DNA of 64,000 nucleotides, taken from NCBI GenBank assembly GCA_951406725.2, contig OX597823.1, positions 86,738,001 to 86,802,000 of the forward strand, given 5' to 3'. Below, piece by piece: positions 1-12,739 of this stretch. The position numbers and the translations under genes were made by a program. The notes beneath the pieces were generated by a model that worked only from the letters and a program-made list of their open reading frames with translations, had not been told where the DNA came from and ran no database searches. The stretch comes from Octopus vulgaris. Lineage: Eukaryota. Position 1 is the stretch's first letter, and each line of letters begins with the position of its first letter.

Positions 1-463
1 ATCACTCTCAGTACAATGCAGTCGCTCTAAAAATTCCAGCCGAGCCGCTGAAAGGAAGCCGTTGACGTTTTGACAGCTTTAAGAGGGTGTAACAGTAAGA
101 AACTAGTTCGTCTCACTTTTAAATATGTCACAGCCTCATTGTAAAGGACAAGATGTAAAACTAAGGTAGTTATTTTGTGTGTATATGATGGTGGAATCTC
201 CGGTCGAATACATTGTATGAATGTTCAGTAAGAAAGCAATTAGATCGAATGAGGATTCATATTATTACAGAAACAGAAGAACAAATAAACTGGCCTGACA
301 CAAAAATTGGTAGCACAGGTATTTCTATTACTACTACTAGGTCATTTCTCACAGGTAAAACTATTAGCTAATCGTGCACATATCTTCATAAAATTGTTCA
401 AAAGGACAGTCTTTTTTAAAGTCTGTGGTGTGTTGCCTATAAGTTGCAAGGTACAGAAACACG

Positions 464-525
<62 letters not shown>

Positions 526-946
526 CACATACTCACATACAGCCTAAATAATATATAACTATATATATGCCATATATATGTCTCTACAAATAAAGTCTCT
601 TTTAAAGTGTGTTCCGCTGCTTTGACAGGCTTGCACTTAAAACTTGCACTTAAAAGTCAAGACTTGTTAGTTACTATGGTGATATCATTGCCTGCCTACT
701 TCTTCTACCTATCTCTTTTATGTATCTTTCTCTCTCTCTCACCCTATCTATCTATCTATCTCTCTCTCTCTATCTACCTATCACACACTCTCTCACACTG
801 TTTTTCTCTCACAACAACACCACTTTCTCTCCCACTTCTTCTAAAATTTCATTGTGTCTGATTCCTCTCCCCTTTTTCGCTCCCTCTAATACATGTTATG
901 ACGAACAGACAGACGGAGATCCAATTCTCTTTGATAATATCATATT

Positions 947-1162
947 AAGGTGACAAGCCGGTAGAATACTTGCTGGGCTGGGCGAAGTGCTTAGCGGTAT
1001 TTTGTCCATCTTTGCGTTCTGAGTTCAAATTCTGCCGAGGTCAACTTTGCCATTCGTTGTTTCGGAGTCGATAAAAACAATAACAAGTTGCGCACTGAGT
1101 CAGTGCAATCAACTTACTCGCTCCGCAAAAAATTGCTGGCGTGGTGCCAAAATTTGATACCA
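947..1162 (+). mobile_element. tRNA-derived SINE, family S1 (OK-like), diverged
   Basis: A-box-like head, B-box gagttcaaattc, core gaggtcaactttgcc, tail gtgccaaaatttga; many homologues in window. Confidence 0.7.
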
Positions 1163-1397
1163 TTATTATTACTGTCATTTACAGCATAAGTATTTTATTT
1201 GGCGAGTGCTCATGCAACTCTTCATGCCACTAATTGATCTTGAGAGGCAATTACAATCACTACACAATAAATTAACATTGTTTGGATCAATATGGATACG
1301 ACTGTGACTTATTAAACCAGAGCGTAAACGGAAACTTGTACAAACGTACACACGTACACACAGAGATATGTATATATATATATATATATACACAGAG

Positions 1398-1434
<37 letters not shown>

Positions 1435-1845
1435 TGTACCTCAGCATGGCCACAGCTCGTGAGCTGAAACTAGATATGAAAAAAAAAAACATTTATATAA
1501 TGATATGCTATTGACATTCAAGCATTTATTTATATTACTATGAATATAATATATAACATAACATAATATTATATAAATAATTATAAATAACCGTAAAAAA
1601 ACAACAAATTGTTTCGACATAGATATTTTGTTTAGACATACATAATCACAGTTCAATTATATATGAGTCACTTTAGAATCAATCGGTTTAGAAAGACGAA
1701 ATCCCGTCAGGAAAGGACGGCTGGATTGTAAAAATTTCTCTTTATTATTGAATTATACCAATATTCATGTGGTATTCAACTGAAGTACCAGTAAATTGGA
1801 TGTTTAGCACGCCCCTTTGAGGGTTTACTTTTCATCAGGTTGTTA

Positions 1846-1889
<44 letters not shown>

Positions 1890-2478
1890 TTTAAGGGCTA
1901 AAAATCACTATGTGGACAGCCATATGCTACAAATAGATCACCTACGATCAAACTACAAAGAAAGAATGTTCACTAGAGAAAATTCGGCGGGCCCCAGAAC
2001 AATAGGCGGGCAAGACAGATGAAAATTATATAAAAATCAAGAATTAATCGCATACCGGTTTCGTCTATTAACGAATAAATCACGTATGCAATCCTTCGTC
2101 TGTAGGACTCATCAGTACGATCGTTCCAAAAGCAATATAATTTGTAAAACTAACCACCAGTTTTCTGTATAAAAACAAACACGTGCTTAGTTCCGTCTAT
2201 TACATTGAGGTTAATTTCAAATGTCTGAGTTCTGGCGCGCTAAATTCCGGAAACAAAAACTGCAACAAATAATTTACTGCAGTTAATGCTGCTTATTAGA
2301 GAACATATTTATGTTAACATTTAAATAATGGAGATAAATTGAATATTAATTTAATTAATATCAATTTAAACCAGTAGCCTAGCATACAAAAATCTGAAAA
2401 ATCAGAGAAAATTCTAATACATGTGTATAATTGATATTAATTAAATTAATATTCAATTTATCTCCCTCATTATTTAAA
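1890..2478 (-). mobile_element. Non-autonomous PLE/retrozyme-like element with hammerhead and inverted end
   Basis: Between (TA)n tracts; contains HHR 2047-2121; 2320-2367 is an inverted repeat of 2429-2478. Confidence 0.55.
2047..2121 (-). ncRNA. Type I hammerhead ribozyme
   Basis: Minus strand: AUCGUA-CUGAUGA-GUC...GAC-GAAA-CCGG-UA-UGCGAU; stem I 6 bp, extended stem II, palindromic stem III. Confidence 0.85.
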
Positions 2479-2499
2479 TATATATATATATATATATTT

Positions 2500-2919
2500 A
2501 TAATTAATCAATATAGGGTGGCAAAAAAAATTTTGTAGAATTTTTTTGCCACCAGCGGCCTAGTGGGAAAAAATTAAATAGTCATAGACCATTTTTAAGT
2601 TCAACATCAACAATCAAGGAACGGCCATAATAGGCCATTCACCCACTAGAAATAACAGCCAAAGCTTCAACCGCAAATAAAAATTAATTCCGTAAACCAG
2701 GAGAAAATTAAAAAAACATTTACCCTGTAATTTCTTATACGATGCACCGTTTCATCTGCTGATTAATGGTAAACTAACCTGATTAAATTAAATCAAGCCA
2801 ATCTTCCATAGGCCCTCAGATTCTTCAGTAAGAAATAGCCCAAGTCGGAACAGATATTTTCACGAGGCATTTCCGACCTTGCCAAGGTTATATCTGACCT
2901 AAAATTTTCAAATCGTCGC
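2500..2919 (-). repeat. Inverted partial copy (~420 bp) of the 492-bp unit
   Basis: Reverse complement of ~3051-3469; joined to the forward array through a 2-nt (gc) overlap at 2918-2919. Confidence 0.95.
2730..2836 (-). ncRNA. Type I hammerhead ribozyme (inverted copy)
   Basis: Reverse complement of the motif at 3133-3239. Confidence 0.85.
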
Positions 2920-3132
2920 CGCTGGTGGCAAAAAAATTCTACAAAATTTTTTTTGCCACCCTATATTGATTAATTATGAATTTTCTGGTTAATTCCGTAA
3001 TAGAATCGACGGCTTATATTTATTTGCTGCCGATAAATTTGGCGCGAGTGCGACGATTTGAAAATTTTAGGTCAGATATAACCTTGGCAAGGTCGGAAAT
3101 GCCTCGTGAAAATATCTGTTCCGACTTGGGCT

Positions 3133-3239
3133 ATTTCTTACTGAAGAATCTGAGGGCCTATGGAAGATTGGCTTGATTTAATTTAATCAGGTTAGTTTAC
3201 CATTAATCAGCAGATGAAACGGTGCATCGTATAAGAAAT
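3133..3239 (+). ncRNA. Type I hammerhead ribozyme, unit 1
   Basis: AUUUCUUA-CUGAAGA-AUCUG..CAGAU-GAAA-CGGUGCAUCG-UA-UAAGAAAU; stem I 8 bp, stem II 5 bp, stem III with palindromic UGCA loop; predicted cut after 3231 (GUA). Confidence 0.88.
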
Positions 3240-3624
3240 TACAGGGTAAATGTTTTTTAAATTTTCTCCTGGTTTACGGAATTAATTTTTATTTGCGGTT
3301 GAAGCTTTGGCTGTTATTTCTAGTGGGTGAATGGCCTATTATGGCCGTTCCTTGATTGTTGATGTTGAACTTAAAAATGGTCTATGACTATTTAATTTTT
3401 TCCCACTAGGCCGCTGGTGGCAAAAAAATTCTACAAAATTTTTTTTGCCACCCTATATTGATTAATTATGAATTTTCTGGTTAATTCCGTAATAGAATCG
3501 ACGGCTTATATTTATTTGCTGCCGATAAATTTGGCGCGAGTGCGACGATTTGAAAATTTTAGGTCAGATATAACCTTGGCAAGGTCGGAAATGCCTCGTG
3601 AAAATATCTGTTCCGACTTGGGCT

Positions 3625-3731
3625 ATTTCTTACTGAAGAATCTGAGGGCCTATGGAAGATTGGCTTGATTTAATTTAATCAGGTTAGTTTACCATTAATC
3701 AGCAGATGAAACGGTGCATCGTATAAGAAAT
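3625..3731 (+). ncRNA. Type I hammerhead ribozyme, unit 2
   Basis: Same motif at +492. Confidence 0.88.
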
Positions 3732-4116
3732 TACAGGGTAAATGTTTTTTAAATTTTCTCCTGGTTTACGGAATTAATTTTTATTTGCGGTTGAAGCTTT
3801 GGCTGTTATTTCTAGTGGGTGAATGGCCTATTATGGCCGTTCCTTGATTGTTGATGTTGAACTTAAAAATGGTCTATGACTATTTAATTTTTTCCCACTA
3901 GGCCGCTGGTGGCAAAAAAATTCTACAAAATTTTTTTTGCCACCCTATATTGATTAATTATGAATTTTCTGGTTAATTCCGTAATAGAATCGACGGCTTA
4001 TATTTATTTGCTGCCGATAAATTTGGCGCGAGTGCGACGATTTGAAAATTTTAGGTCAGATATAACCTTGGCAAGGTCGGAAATGCCTCGTGAAAATATC
4101 TGTTCCGACTTGGGCT

Positions 4117-4223
4117 ATTTCTTACTGAAGAATCTGAGGGCCTATGGAAGATTGGCTTGATTTAATTTAATCAGGTTAATTTACCATTAATCAGCAGATG
4201 AAACGGTGCATCGTATAAGAAAT
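4117..4223 (+). ncRNA. Type I hammerhead ribozyme, unit 3
   Basis: Same motif at +984; one change inside the stem II insertion. Confidence 0.88.
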
Positions 4224-4343
4224 TACAGGGTAAATGTTTTTTAAATTTTCTCCTGGTTTACGGAATTAATTTTTATTTGCGGTTGAAGCTTTGGATGTTA
4301 TTTCTAGTTGTTGAATGGCCTATTATGGCCGTTCCTTGATTGT

Positions 4344-4414
<71 letters not shown>

Positions 4415-4439
4415 TACATATATACACAAATACATATAT

Positions 4440-4486
<47 letters not shown>

Positions 4487-4494
4487 TATAATTA

Positions 4495-5359
4495 TATCTA
4501 ATGCACCACCCTAAGGCAGATATAGAACGACTTTATCTGCCAAGAAAATAGGGCGGCCGTGGACTTTTACAACTGGTATTAACAATAAAGATTGCCACAA
4601 TTGGCCTAGACACCTACCTGAAAAACTCTGGTGACTGGATGTTAAAACTTGTCTCAAAACATGAAAAGAAGAAAGTGTCATATTCAGTAATTTGTAAAAA
4701 TCTGGACCTGACCCATGATAAAAACTGGTGGGAACAGAAACCACTTCCAGTGCTTGAAAATGACCACATCTCACTCCTCTGGAACTTCTCCATTCAAACT
4801 GACAGAAAGATAGAGGCAAATAGGCCACGCAATATATTGAAAGACTTCAGAGAAAAAGCATGCCTTCTCATTGATATGACTGTCCCAATCGATATAAACG
4901 TATCTGTCAAGACCTACCAAAAACGGAGCAAGTATAAAGATCTTGAAACAGAAATTAGCAATATGTGGAACCTAAAGACTAAAACAATACCTGTTGCAAT
5001 ATGTACCCTAGGAATGATAGCAAAAGGGGCTGATTGCTACCTAACTCAGATACCAGGAAACCCCAAAAATGGCAGAAATTCAAAAGATAGTGCTCATGGG
5101 AACTGTCCATATCCTATGCAAGATACTTTCTATGTAATCTCAAGTTTTAAAATAAATTCATAGTTTTCTTATGGTTTCTTAAAGATTCTCTAGAAGGATA
5201 CAATTTACAAAACCAAATATATGGCACCATAGGCATAGCACCAACATGAACTTCTAACTTGTTGTCTCTTGAGGTCACAGGGTGAGACTTGGAGCTAACT
5301 TGTACAAATGTAAAGCAAGTCAAACATAAAATAATAACAACAACAACAACAACAACAAC

Positions 5360-5417
<58 letters not shown>
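4495..5417 (+). mobile_element. R4/Dong-like non-LTR retrotransposon 3' fragment (RT C-terminus + RLE endonuclease), degenerate
   Basis: [20 protein letters not shown] then LWNFSIQTDRKIEANRP..IDMTVP.D.N..KYKDL..E..MW..IPV..LG (ORF 4639-5163); (AAC/AAT)n tail. Confidence 0.8.
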
Positions 5418-5631
5418 TCAGTGGATAGGTGGCATTAAAATTGTAGAGTTAAAAATTTCCTAGCTTTCACTATTGCATATGCATGATTTAGGTGGTTTAG
5501 AGAAATGTTGACGTCCATTTCTAGCATGCTGATACTTTTCCCAGAAACCTTCATTAAAATTAAATATTATATATAATTATAGACTTATCTTAATTTTCAT
5601 CTCTACGGTTTTAATGCATGCTAGACCCTAA

Positions 5632-5704
<73 letters not shown>

Positions 5705-5760
5705 ATTATTATTATCATCATCATCATCAATCTTATGTTATAATGAAAATGTTTTCACTT

Positions 5761-5796
<36 letters not shown>

Positions 5797-5838
5797 GTAT
5801 GGGGAGAGACAGATAGACAAACAGAGATGCAGACAGAG

Positions 5839-5874
<36 letters not shown>

Positions 5875-5910
5875 TGTCAGACAGACAGACAGACAGACAG
5901 ACAGATAGAC

Positions 5911-5964
<54 letters not shown>

Positions 5965-5988
5965 GCAGACAGACAGATACAAAGATAA

Positions 5989-6042
<54 letters not shown>

Positions 6043-6043
<1 letters not shown>

Positions 6044-7284
6044 TGTTTCTTTATTAGCCACACAGGGCTGCACACAGATAGAACAAATTACAAGGTAGAG
6101 CTTTTCTTTTGAAGGTTTAAAAAAAAAAAAAAAAAAAAAGGAAGGGGGAGTTTCGATCAAAGGGGATCGTAAAAGGAGAGAAAGAGGACAAAAAAAAAGG
6201 GGGTTAAAAAAAAAAGGAGAGGAAAAAAAAAATTGATCAATAGGGATCGTTATCACAGAAATGTCAATATGAAGTGTAAAGGGGAGGACAGGTGAGGTTT
6301 ACCCGTGGAAAGAAAAGCCTACGGAAAAGACCACGGTAACCTCGGTCAATGAAGTCACATTTTATATTTCTTTTTTTTTTTTTTTTTTTTTGCAAATAAG
6401 CAACTCTCTGTTTTCGATTTCTGGGTTCATAGGATTATGCTCAAGGTGGCTTCGTCATTCATACGTGCCATTCTTGCTACATTCACCCATCTTTTTTAAA
6501 ACATTCGCTAGACAAAACTTGCCTCTCTACTCTCACTTTCCTTTTCAAGTGGTACTTGAAGAAGTTGATGAGAGATTGACCAGAGAGGAAAGTGTTTGTC
6601 TCCAATCCTTTCAGACGCGTCCACCAGATACATTCTTTCGCCATAGCCACAAGGATGATGAAAATAGCTCTTCCTTCCCGTTTGAAGGAAGGAGGCGTGA
6701 CAATATTGACGATAGACTCAGCTGATAAACCGACTCGTCCCACACGTGACAGCAGTTGTTCGACATAAGCCCACAGGTCGGAAATTGTTGGGCACTGAAC
6801 GAGTGCGTGCAGAACGGTTTCGTCGCTCTGACCGCATCTCGGGCAGGTCGGCCCCGTGTTTCTCGAGCCGTGTCTGTAGAGCTTATCCCGAACGGGTAGC
6901 GCTTCTCGGTAGCACTGCCAGGCCAGGGATCTCTGGAAGTTGTCCATGGGCCCTGGCCCGAAGGTCGTCCTGAACAGGCGGGTCAGGTACTCCTCGTCGA
7001 CGTCCAGGTTCGCCCCGAGCTCGTCGTCGTACCTCCCCTCCACTAAACCCCTATAGAATGCTTTGGTTGTGTTGAAGTCACTTAAGGTCGACCCAGGACG
7101 GCAGAGTTGCTTGAGAGCAACGCGACACTCGCGGTGCCATTCGCCCTTCCTCGGCCTCTTTTTGATCCACGACTGCAGTTCGGTCATGGAGACGAGCTGC
7201 GGGAAAGCGTGCCTCACAAACGGCGACCACACCTGTTCACCGTCGTCTACATAGAGACAGAGATGCCGCAGTCTCAGCGCGTGT
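6043..7284 (-). mobile_element. Tx1/L1-clade LINE, 5'-truncated copy 1 (zf-RVT C-terminus + 3'UTR)
   Basis: LAWQCYREALPVRDKL..CPRCGQSDETVLHALVQC; AATAAA near 3' end; flanked by (GATA)n on both sides; highly similar to 58975-60706. Confidence 0.85.
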
Positions 7285-7816
7285 AGATAGATAGATAGAT
7301 AGATAGATAGATATGAACTTTTGGTACGTGAAATGATGTAACGAAATTGCCTATGATCCAAATGACTCGATATGTCCACTAGAGGCTTACTACTGAGACA
7401 AGACCGGAAATACTGATCAAGAGGGGGAAAAGGTGGATGGATTTGGAAGAGAATATAACAAGAGAAAAATTCCACGGAAGGTATACAGTGTTTTGCCAAT
7501 AATTTTGAAACAAACGCCGTAAGTGTATAAAAAGTAGCGAGATAGACGGTGAGAAATCAGAGTGATAGCTTGGGAGAAACTTAAACGAACATAGACATTC
7601 GGATAAAAAGATGGAGAAAGGGGGAAAATGGCCGTATGTAAGACGTAGAGTAACTAGCTTTAATGTTAGGATTCTTTATCCTAAAACACATGGTGTATCG
7701 CACACACAGTACTACACGGCACAGACACACACATACACAAATACCAGAACACACTCACACATGCAGACAGACTCACATATACACACACATATGTTTATAT
7801 ATGTATACATATATGC

Positions 7817-7884
<68 letters not shown>

Positions 7885-7892
7885 CGATAGTA

Positions 7893-8163
7893 GGCGCAAT
7901 GGCCTAGTGGTTAGGGCAGCGGACTCGCGGTCCCAGACCGGGTGTTGTGTGTGTTTATTGAGCGAAAACACCTAAAAGCTCCACGAGCTCCGGCGGGGGT
8001 GGTGATCCCTGCTGTACTCTTTCACCACTCTTTCTCTCACTCTTTCTTCTGTTGGCCTGCTCGCTTAGCCAGCGGGGTGGCGTCATTCGAAGGCTAAAAC
8101 AATGCGAACGCATTGTGACCAGCGATGTGTAACTACATCTGATGGTCTGGTCGGTCACATGAT

Positions 8164-8170
<7 letters not shown>
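7893..8170 (+). mobile_element. tRNA-derived SINE, family S2 (OR-like)
   Basis: ggcgcaatggcctagtggttagggcagcggactcgcgg head; core ttattgagcgaaaacacctaaaagctccacgag shared with 33227, 34437, 49710. Confidence 0.8.
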
Positions 8171-8204
<34 letters not shown>

Positions 8205-8207
<3 letters not shown>

Positions 8208-8385
8208 CTAGCCACTACACATTCTTTATTTTCTCTCCTTGTTTCTTTCTGTGTTCCTTTCTGTGGAAGAGGTTAGGTTCGAAACGTTAAAGACTTTTTC
8301 ACTTCCCGAGCGTTATACTAATACATCTGTTTGTTGTCTACACCAACTATGTTCGTCTTTTGTTTATTCGTTGATTCTCCCTATA
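8205..8385 (+). mobile_element. Short TA-embedded repeat with minimal hammerhead-like motif (8257-8292)
   Basis: CUUU-CUGUGGA-A-GAG..UUC-GAAA-CG-UU-AAAG; homologous to 15192-15400 and 61795-61985. Confidence 0.6.
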
Positions 8386-8397
8386 TATATACAAATA

Positions 8398-8565
8398 TAC
8401 AACGGGCTTCTTTCGGTTTCCTTCTACCTAATCTGCTTACAATGCTTTGGTCGACCCGAGGCTAGAGTAGGAGATATTTTGCAAATGTTTCACTCAGAGG
8501 GACTGAACTTGGAACCAGGTGGTTGGGAAGCACAACATCTTACCACACAACCACGTCTACACCTG
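8398..8565 (-). mobile_element. SINE family S3, 5' half
   Basis: Matches cgggcttctttcagtttccgtctaccaaatccactcacaaggctttggtcggcccgaggctatagtagaagac consensus. Confidence 0.65.
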
Positions 8566-9244
8566 CACAGACACACACACAGACACACACACAGACGCAC
8601 ACGATTACACACACATATATGCACAGTGCATGAAAGAGCGCGTTCGCGTGTGTGTATGAGCGCGTGTGTGTGCGTATATATGTGAGGGTGTTCGCCTGTT
8701 TTCAACAGGTCATTAAGCGTATAATCCGAATATTATTTCAACCTGTAGAAATAATGGTGAATTATTTGGCATTTAACTGAAAATCATTCTTCATTAATAT
8801 TTTTGAGAGGTTGGAAAAATGCGAATATATATGTGCTTGTGTGTGTATGTGTATGTTGGTGCGTGTATGTGCAATATACACCCCCCACACACACATATAT
8901 ATGTGTGTATAGAAAGAGAGAGAGAGAGAGAGAGAGAAGGACAGGCAAACAGATAGAGATTGTGCGTATGCGTTTAGAAGAGAAGCAGAATGTGTGTATG
9001 TGTGTGTACATATTCTCACATACACTCACACACACACAGAGGAATATCTATATCTATATCAATATCGATCTATCTCTGAATCTATATCTCTTACTCTATC
9101 TATACGTATGTGTGTGGATGTGGAGCGAGTAGTATTTATTTCTACTTTTTATATAAGTATATATTTATATGTACGTATATATATATGTATATATATATAT
9201 ACATATTTATATATACATATATATATATATACATATATATATAC

Positions 9245-9315
<71 letters not shown>

Positions 9316-10065
9316 TACGTATTTCAAGTTCTTTTGCTATTTTTTCTATGAATTACTGCTCATTCTTAATGGATTTATCGCAGCCCTGTTTGTTTTTCCA
9401 TCTTTAAATTCGTTTTATCCAATTAAGATACAGTCTTATGTGTCATACATATATACGGTATTATTTCTGTCTCGAAAAAATATTAATCGTGAACAAATAT
9501 AAAAGTTATTAAAAGATATATCTTTTTATAAATATTTTAAAATTAGTTTTCTTTTGTCAATTGAATTTCTTCAAGTAATGCTGCTTGTTTGTTTTTCTTA
9601 TCTGTGTTTTGTTTTGTTATTTTTTTTTGTTTGTTTTTCTCGACGTCTTTGTTGAAAGAACGGGAAAACAAACCTCGAAACAAATGGAGGTTTTCTTTAT
9701 AAGAAAAAGTAATGAAACGTGTAAATATAATTTGATAAATGAAGAAGCATTCGTGCGTGTGCTTGAATATATATATATATATATATATGGAGAAAGAGGG
9801 AGAGACAGTGAGAGGGGGAAATTAGCTGATGCTTTTGTAGGCGATTGTGTGCGCGCATATATTTTGTTATGTACATACAGATATGTGTTTACAGTAGGAA
9901 AGAGATGCTAAGAGAGAAAGAAATGGTGCTTTGAAGCTCTGAGTATATAAACATATGTATTATTTCCAAAGATTAATGTCAATTGTTTATAAAAAAGAAA
10001 GGCGGCAATCTGTTAAATTGCATTATTTACAAAGCAAATGTTTAGTTCCGAACGAGTATACATAC

Positions 10066-10113
<48 letters not shown>

Positions 10114-10544
10114 ATAAATACACACATACATTCATATACATATTAGGTATATATATTATGTATACATATACATTACCTATATACATGTATATGTATGTAT
10201 ACATACATCTATATATGTGTATATATGTATGTATTTATTCATGAATATGTTTATATATATATATGTGCACATACACATATACACATACAGATGCATTTAT
10301 ACTCTTATATATGTTTGCGTGTTTCTGTTTATGCTTACATATGTATGTATAGATACATACACACATAAAGGCAGAGAGAGAGAGAGAGGAAGATGGACTG
10401 ATACATAAATAGATTAATGTATATGTAGGTATACGCGTGCGCCTGTGTGTGATTGAATACGTATATATATATATATATCCCACACATACAGACACCTGCA
10501 TGCGCTTACACACACATGCACTCAGACACATTGAAACACACACA

Positions 10545-10600
<56 letters not shown>

Positions 10601-10749
10601 ACACCGGCTTTAGGTAAAAATCGTTCAATCAGAAGCGATTTCGCAAATGTTTGAAGATATTTTGGGAAAAACAATAAATATGATTTCGATTTCTTTATCT
10701 CGTACGTTTTATTGTTGATATAACTCGCGATGTGTTCATTCAGTCTATC

Positions 10750-11185
<436 letters not shown>

Positions 11186-11889
11186 ATCGATATCATTTGT
11201 TTGAAATTTATTTTTAAATACATTGCGCTTTTGTGCGTTTTATGAACTATCTTTATCAGTTACGGCTGTTTATCTCACATAATATCGTTTTCTTTTTATC
11301 GCATTCTTTGTTGTTTGAGGTTTTGTTGTTGGTTTCTTTTGTTTGATAGTTTTTTTTTTCACTTTGATTCATTTTACAAAAGATGTTTGTAATTTTGTTT
11401 TTTATTATATTTATTCATTGTGTTTAGTATACAGATAATACACTTGTTATTCTTACATGATAAATGGCTGTGGATGACAGAAAATATAGAATGCCAGACA
11501 AAATTTAACGTTTATACATATAGATTTACTGCTGCTCATATCACACAAATACTTATATATCTGTGTAATTTTTGCTCATATACTCTGTAATGATATTTTA
11601 ACAAATATTTTAAAGGATTTAGCTACATACCATTGCTTTCTGATTTCGTTTCTCTGCAAGATCTTATCCTATATATCTTCCAGCTGACATTTCTTGTTAG
11701 CTATAATACCAGGCAAGTACCGAGGTACATGAAAAGGAATATGGCGCTTACTTTAAAAAAACCTATTTAAAGTTGAAAAACCGTTATTTCTACGTGATAT
11801 TTCATTTGAAATTATGCGTATCTAAATGTAGAACAACTGTTACAAAGCAGCATTTCAAATTATTTCAAATTTCTAATAATAATAATAAC

Positions 11890-11960
<71 letters not shown>

Positions 11961-11971
11961 TAATAATAATA

Positions 11972-12176
11972 CTGGGATCTATATACACTGGAAACTATGC
12001 CAACATTATGGAATAACAACAGTATAGGCACAGGCCAGAAAAGGTCAAAGAAAACGAGAAACAACCATAGTGTGAGATATGCCAGATCAAACAGATAGCG
12101 AAATTAAGGCAAATAGGCCGGATATAGTTGTCAGAGTCCATCAAGAAAAAATGCTTTCTAATCGATATATCAATAC
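11972..12176 (+). mobile_element. R4/Dong-like RLE fragment
   Basis: GIYIHWKLCQHYGI...TDSEIKANRPDIVV..FLIDISI (frameshifted), directly after (AAT)n. Confidence 0.7.
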
Positions 12177-12180
12177 ATTT

Positions 12181-12730
12181 AGCGGGCTGTATCTAGTAGC
12201 GCTATTTTCTTGATAGTTTGTAGTATTCGGTGTCCAGGTATAGTCTCTACGTTTTTGTTCATGTTTTTATTTATATTTTACCCATTGCTTCAGTTATTAC
12301 TGGTATTGTTTTCATCTTCATGCTCCACACCTTGAATACCTCAATATCGAGGACTTTGTACTTTGAGAATCTCCACTTCTTTTTAGGCAAAATTTTGCTC
12401 AAGAAGGATTGCAATATCTATCAATAAGCAGGTGTTTTCTGTTCCTATCATGTTCGATTTTCCTCCCTTATCTACCATCAGCTTGGTGATGTATGATTCC
12501 ATGATCACACTTGCTCATGACGCCCCAACCTATTTTCGCTCTGTATTTTCCTACCATAGCCTTTGTCTCATGTTCATATTTTCTCACGCTCTCCTATTCA
12601 AACTGGCTACATAGTCGTGCCTCCTCCTGCTGTACCTTCCTAAAATACTTCAGTTTAGAATTTCTTAGTAGAAAGCTAATAATACTACCATAAAATTGAA
12701 TATCATTCTGATCTAAGCAGTGTCCAATGG
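12181..12730 (-). mobile_element. R4/Dong-like RLE fragment, opposite orientation, degenerate
   Basis: Minus strand CLLID..SKYKVLDIEV.KVWSMKMKTIPVI..IPG...IKKIALL. Confidence 0.6.
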
Positions 12731-12739
12731 TATTAGCTT

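Larger units (their letters stand above)
2918..4347 (+). repeat. Tandem array of 492-bp units (2.9 copies), retrozyme/PLE pseudo-LTR-like
   Basis: Exact 492 periodicity (ORFs at 2976/3468/3960); units 1-2 appear identical, unit 3 has ~4 substitutions; ends in (TA)n. Confidence 0.95.

Noticed and set aside
2976-4160. Three identical 66-aa ORFs as a tandem gene family
   Set aside because: No recognisable domain; the ORF overlaps the ribozyme, identity simply reflects the DNA repeat, and the inverted copy lacks its start
2918-4347. CRISPR-like array
   Set aside because: Units are identical over their full length with no unique spacers; eukaryotic context and no cas genes
7285-7499. N-terminal part of the 338-aa ORF
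   Set aside because: Read-through from flanking DNA and (GATA)n; homology to copy 2 stops at 7284
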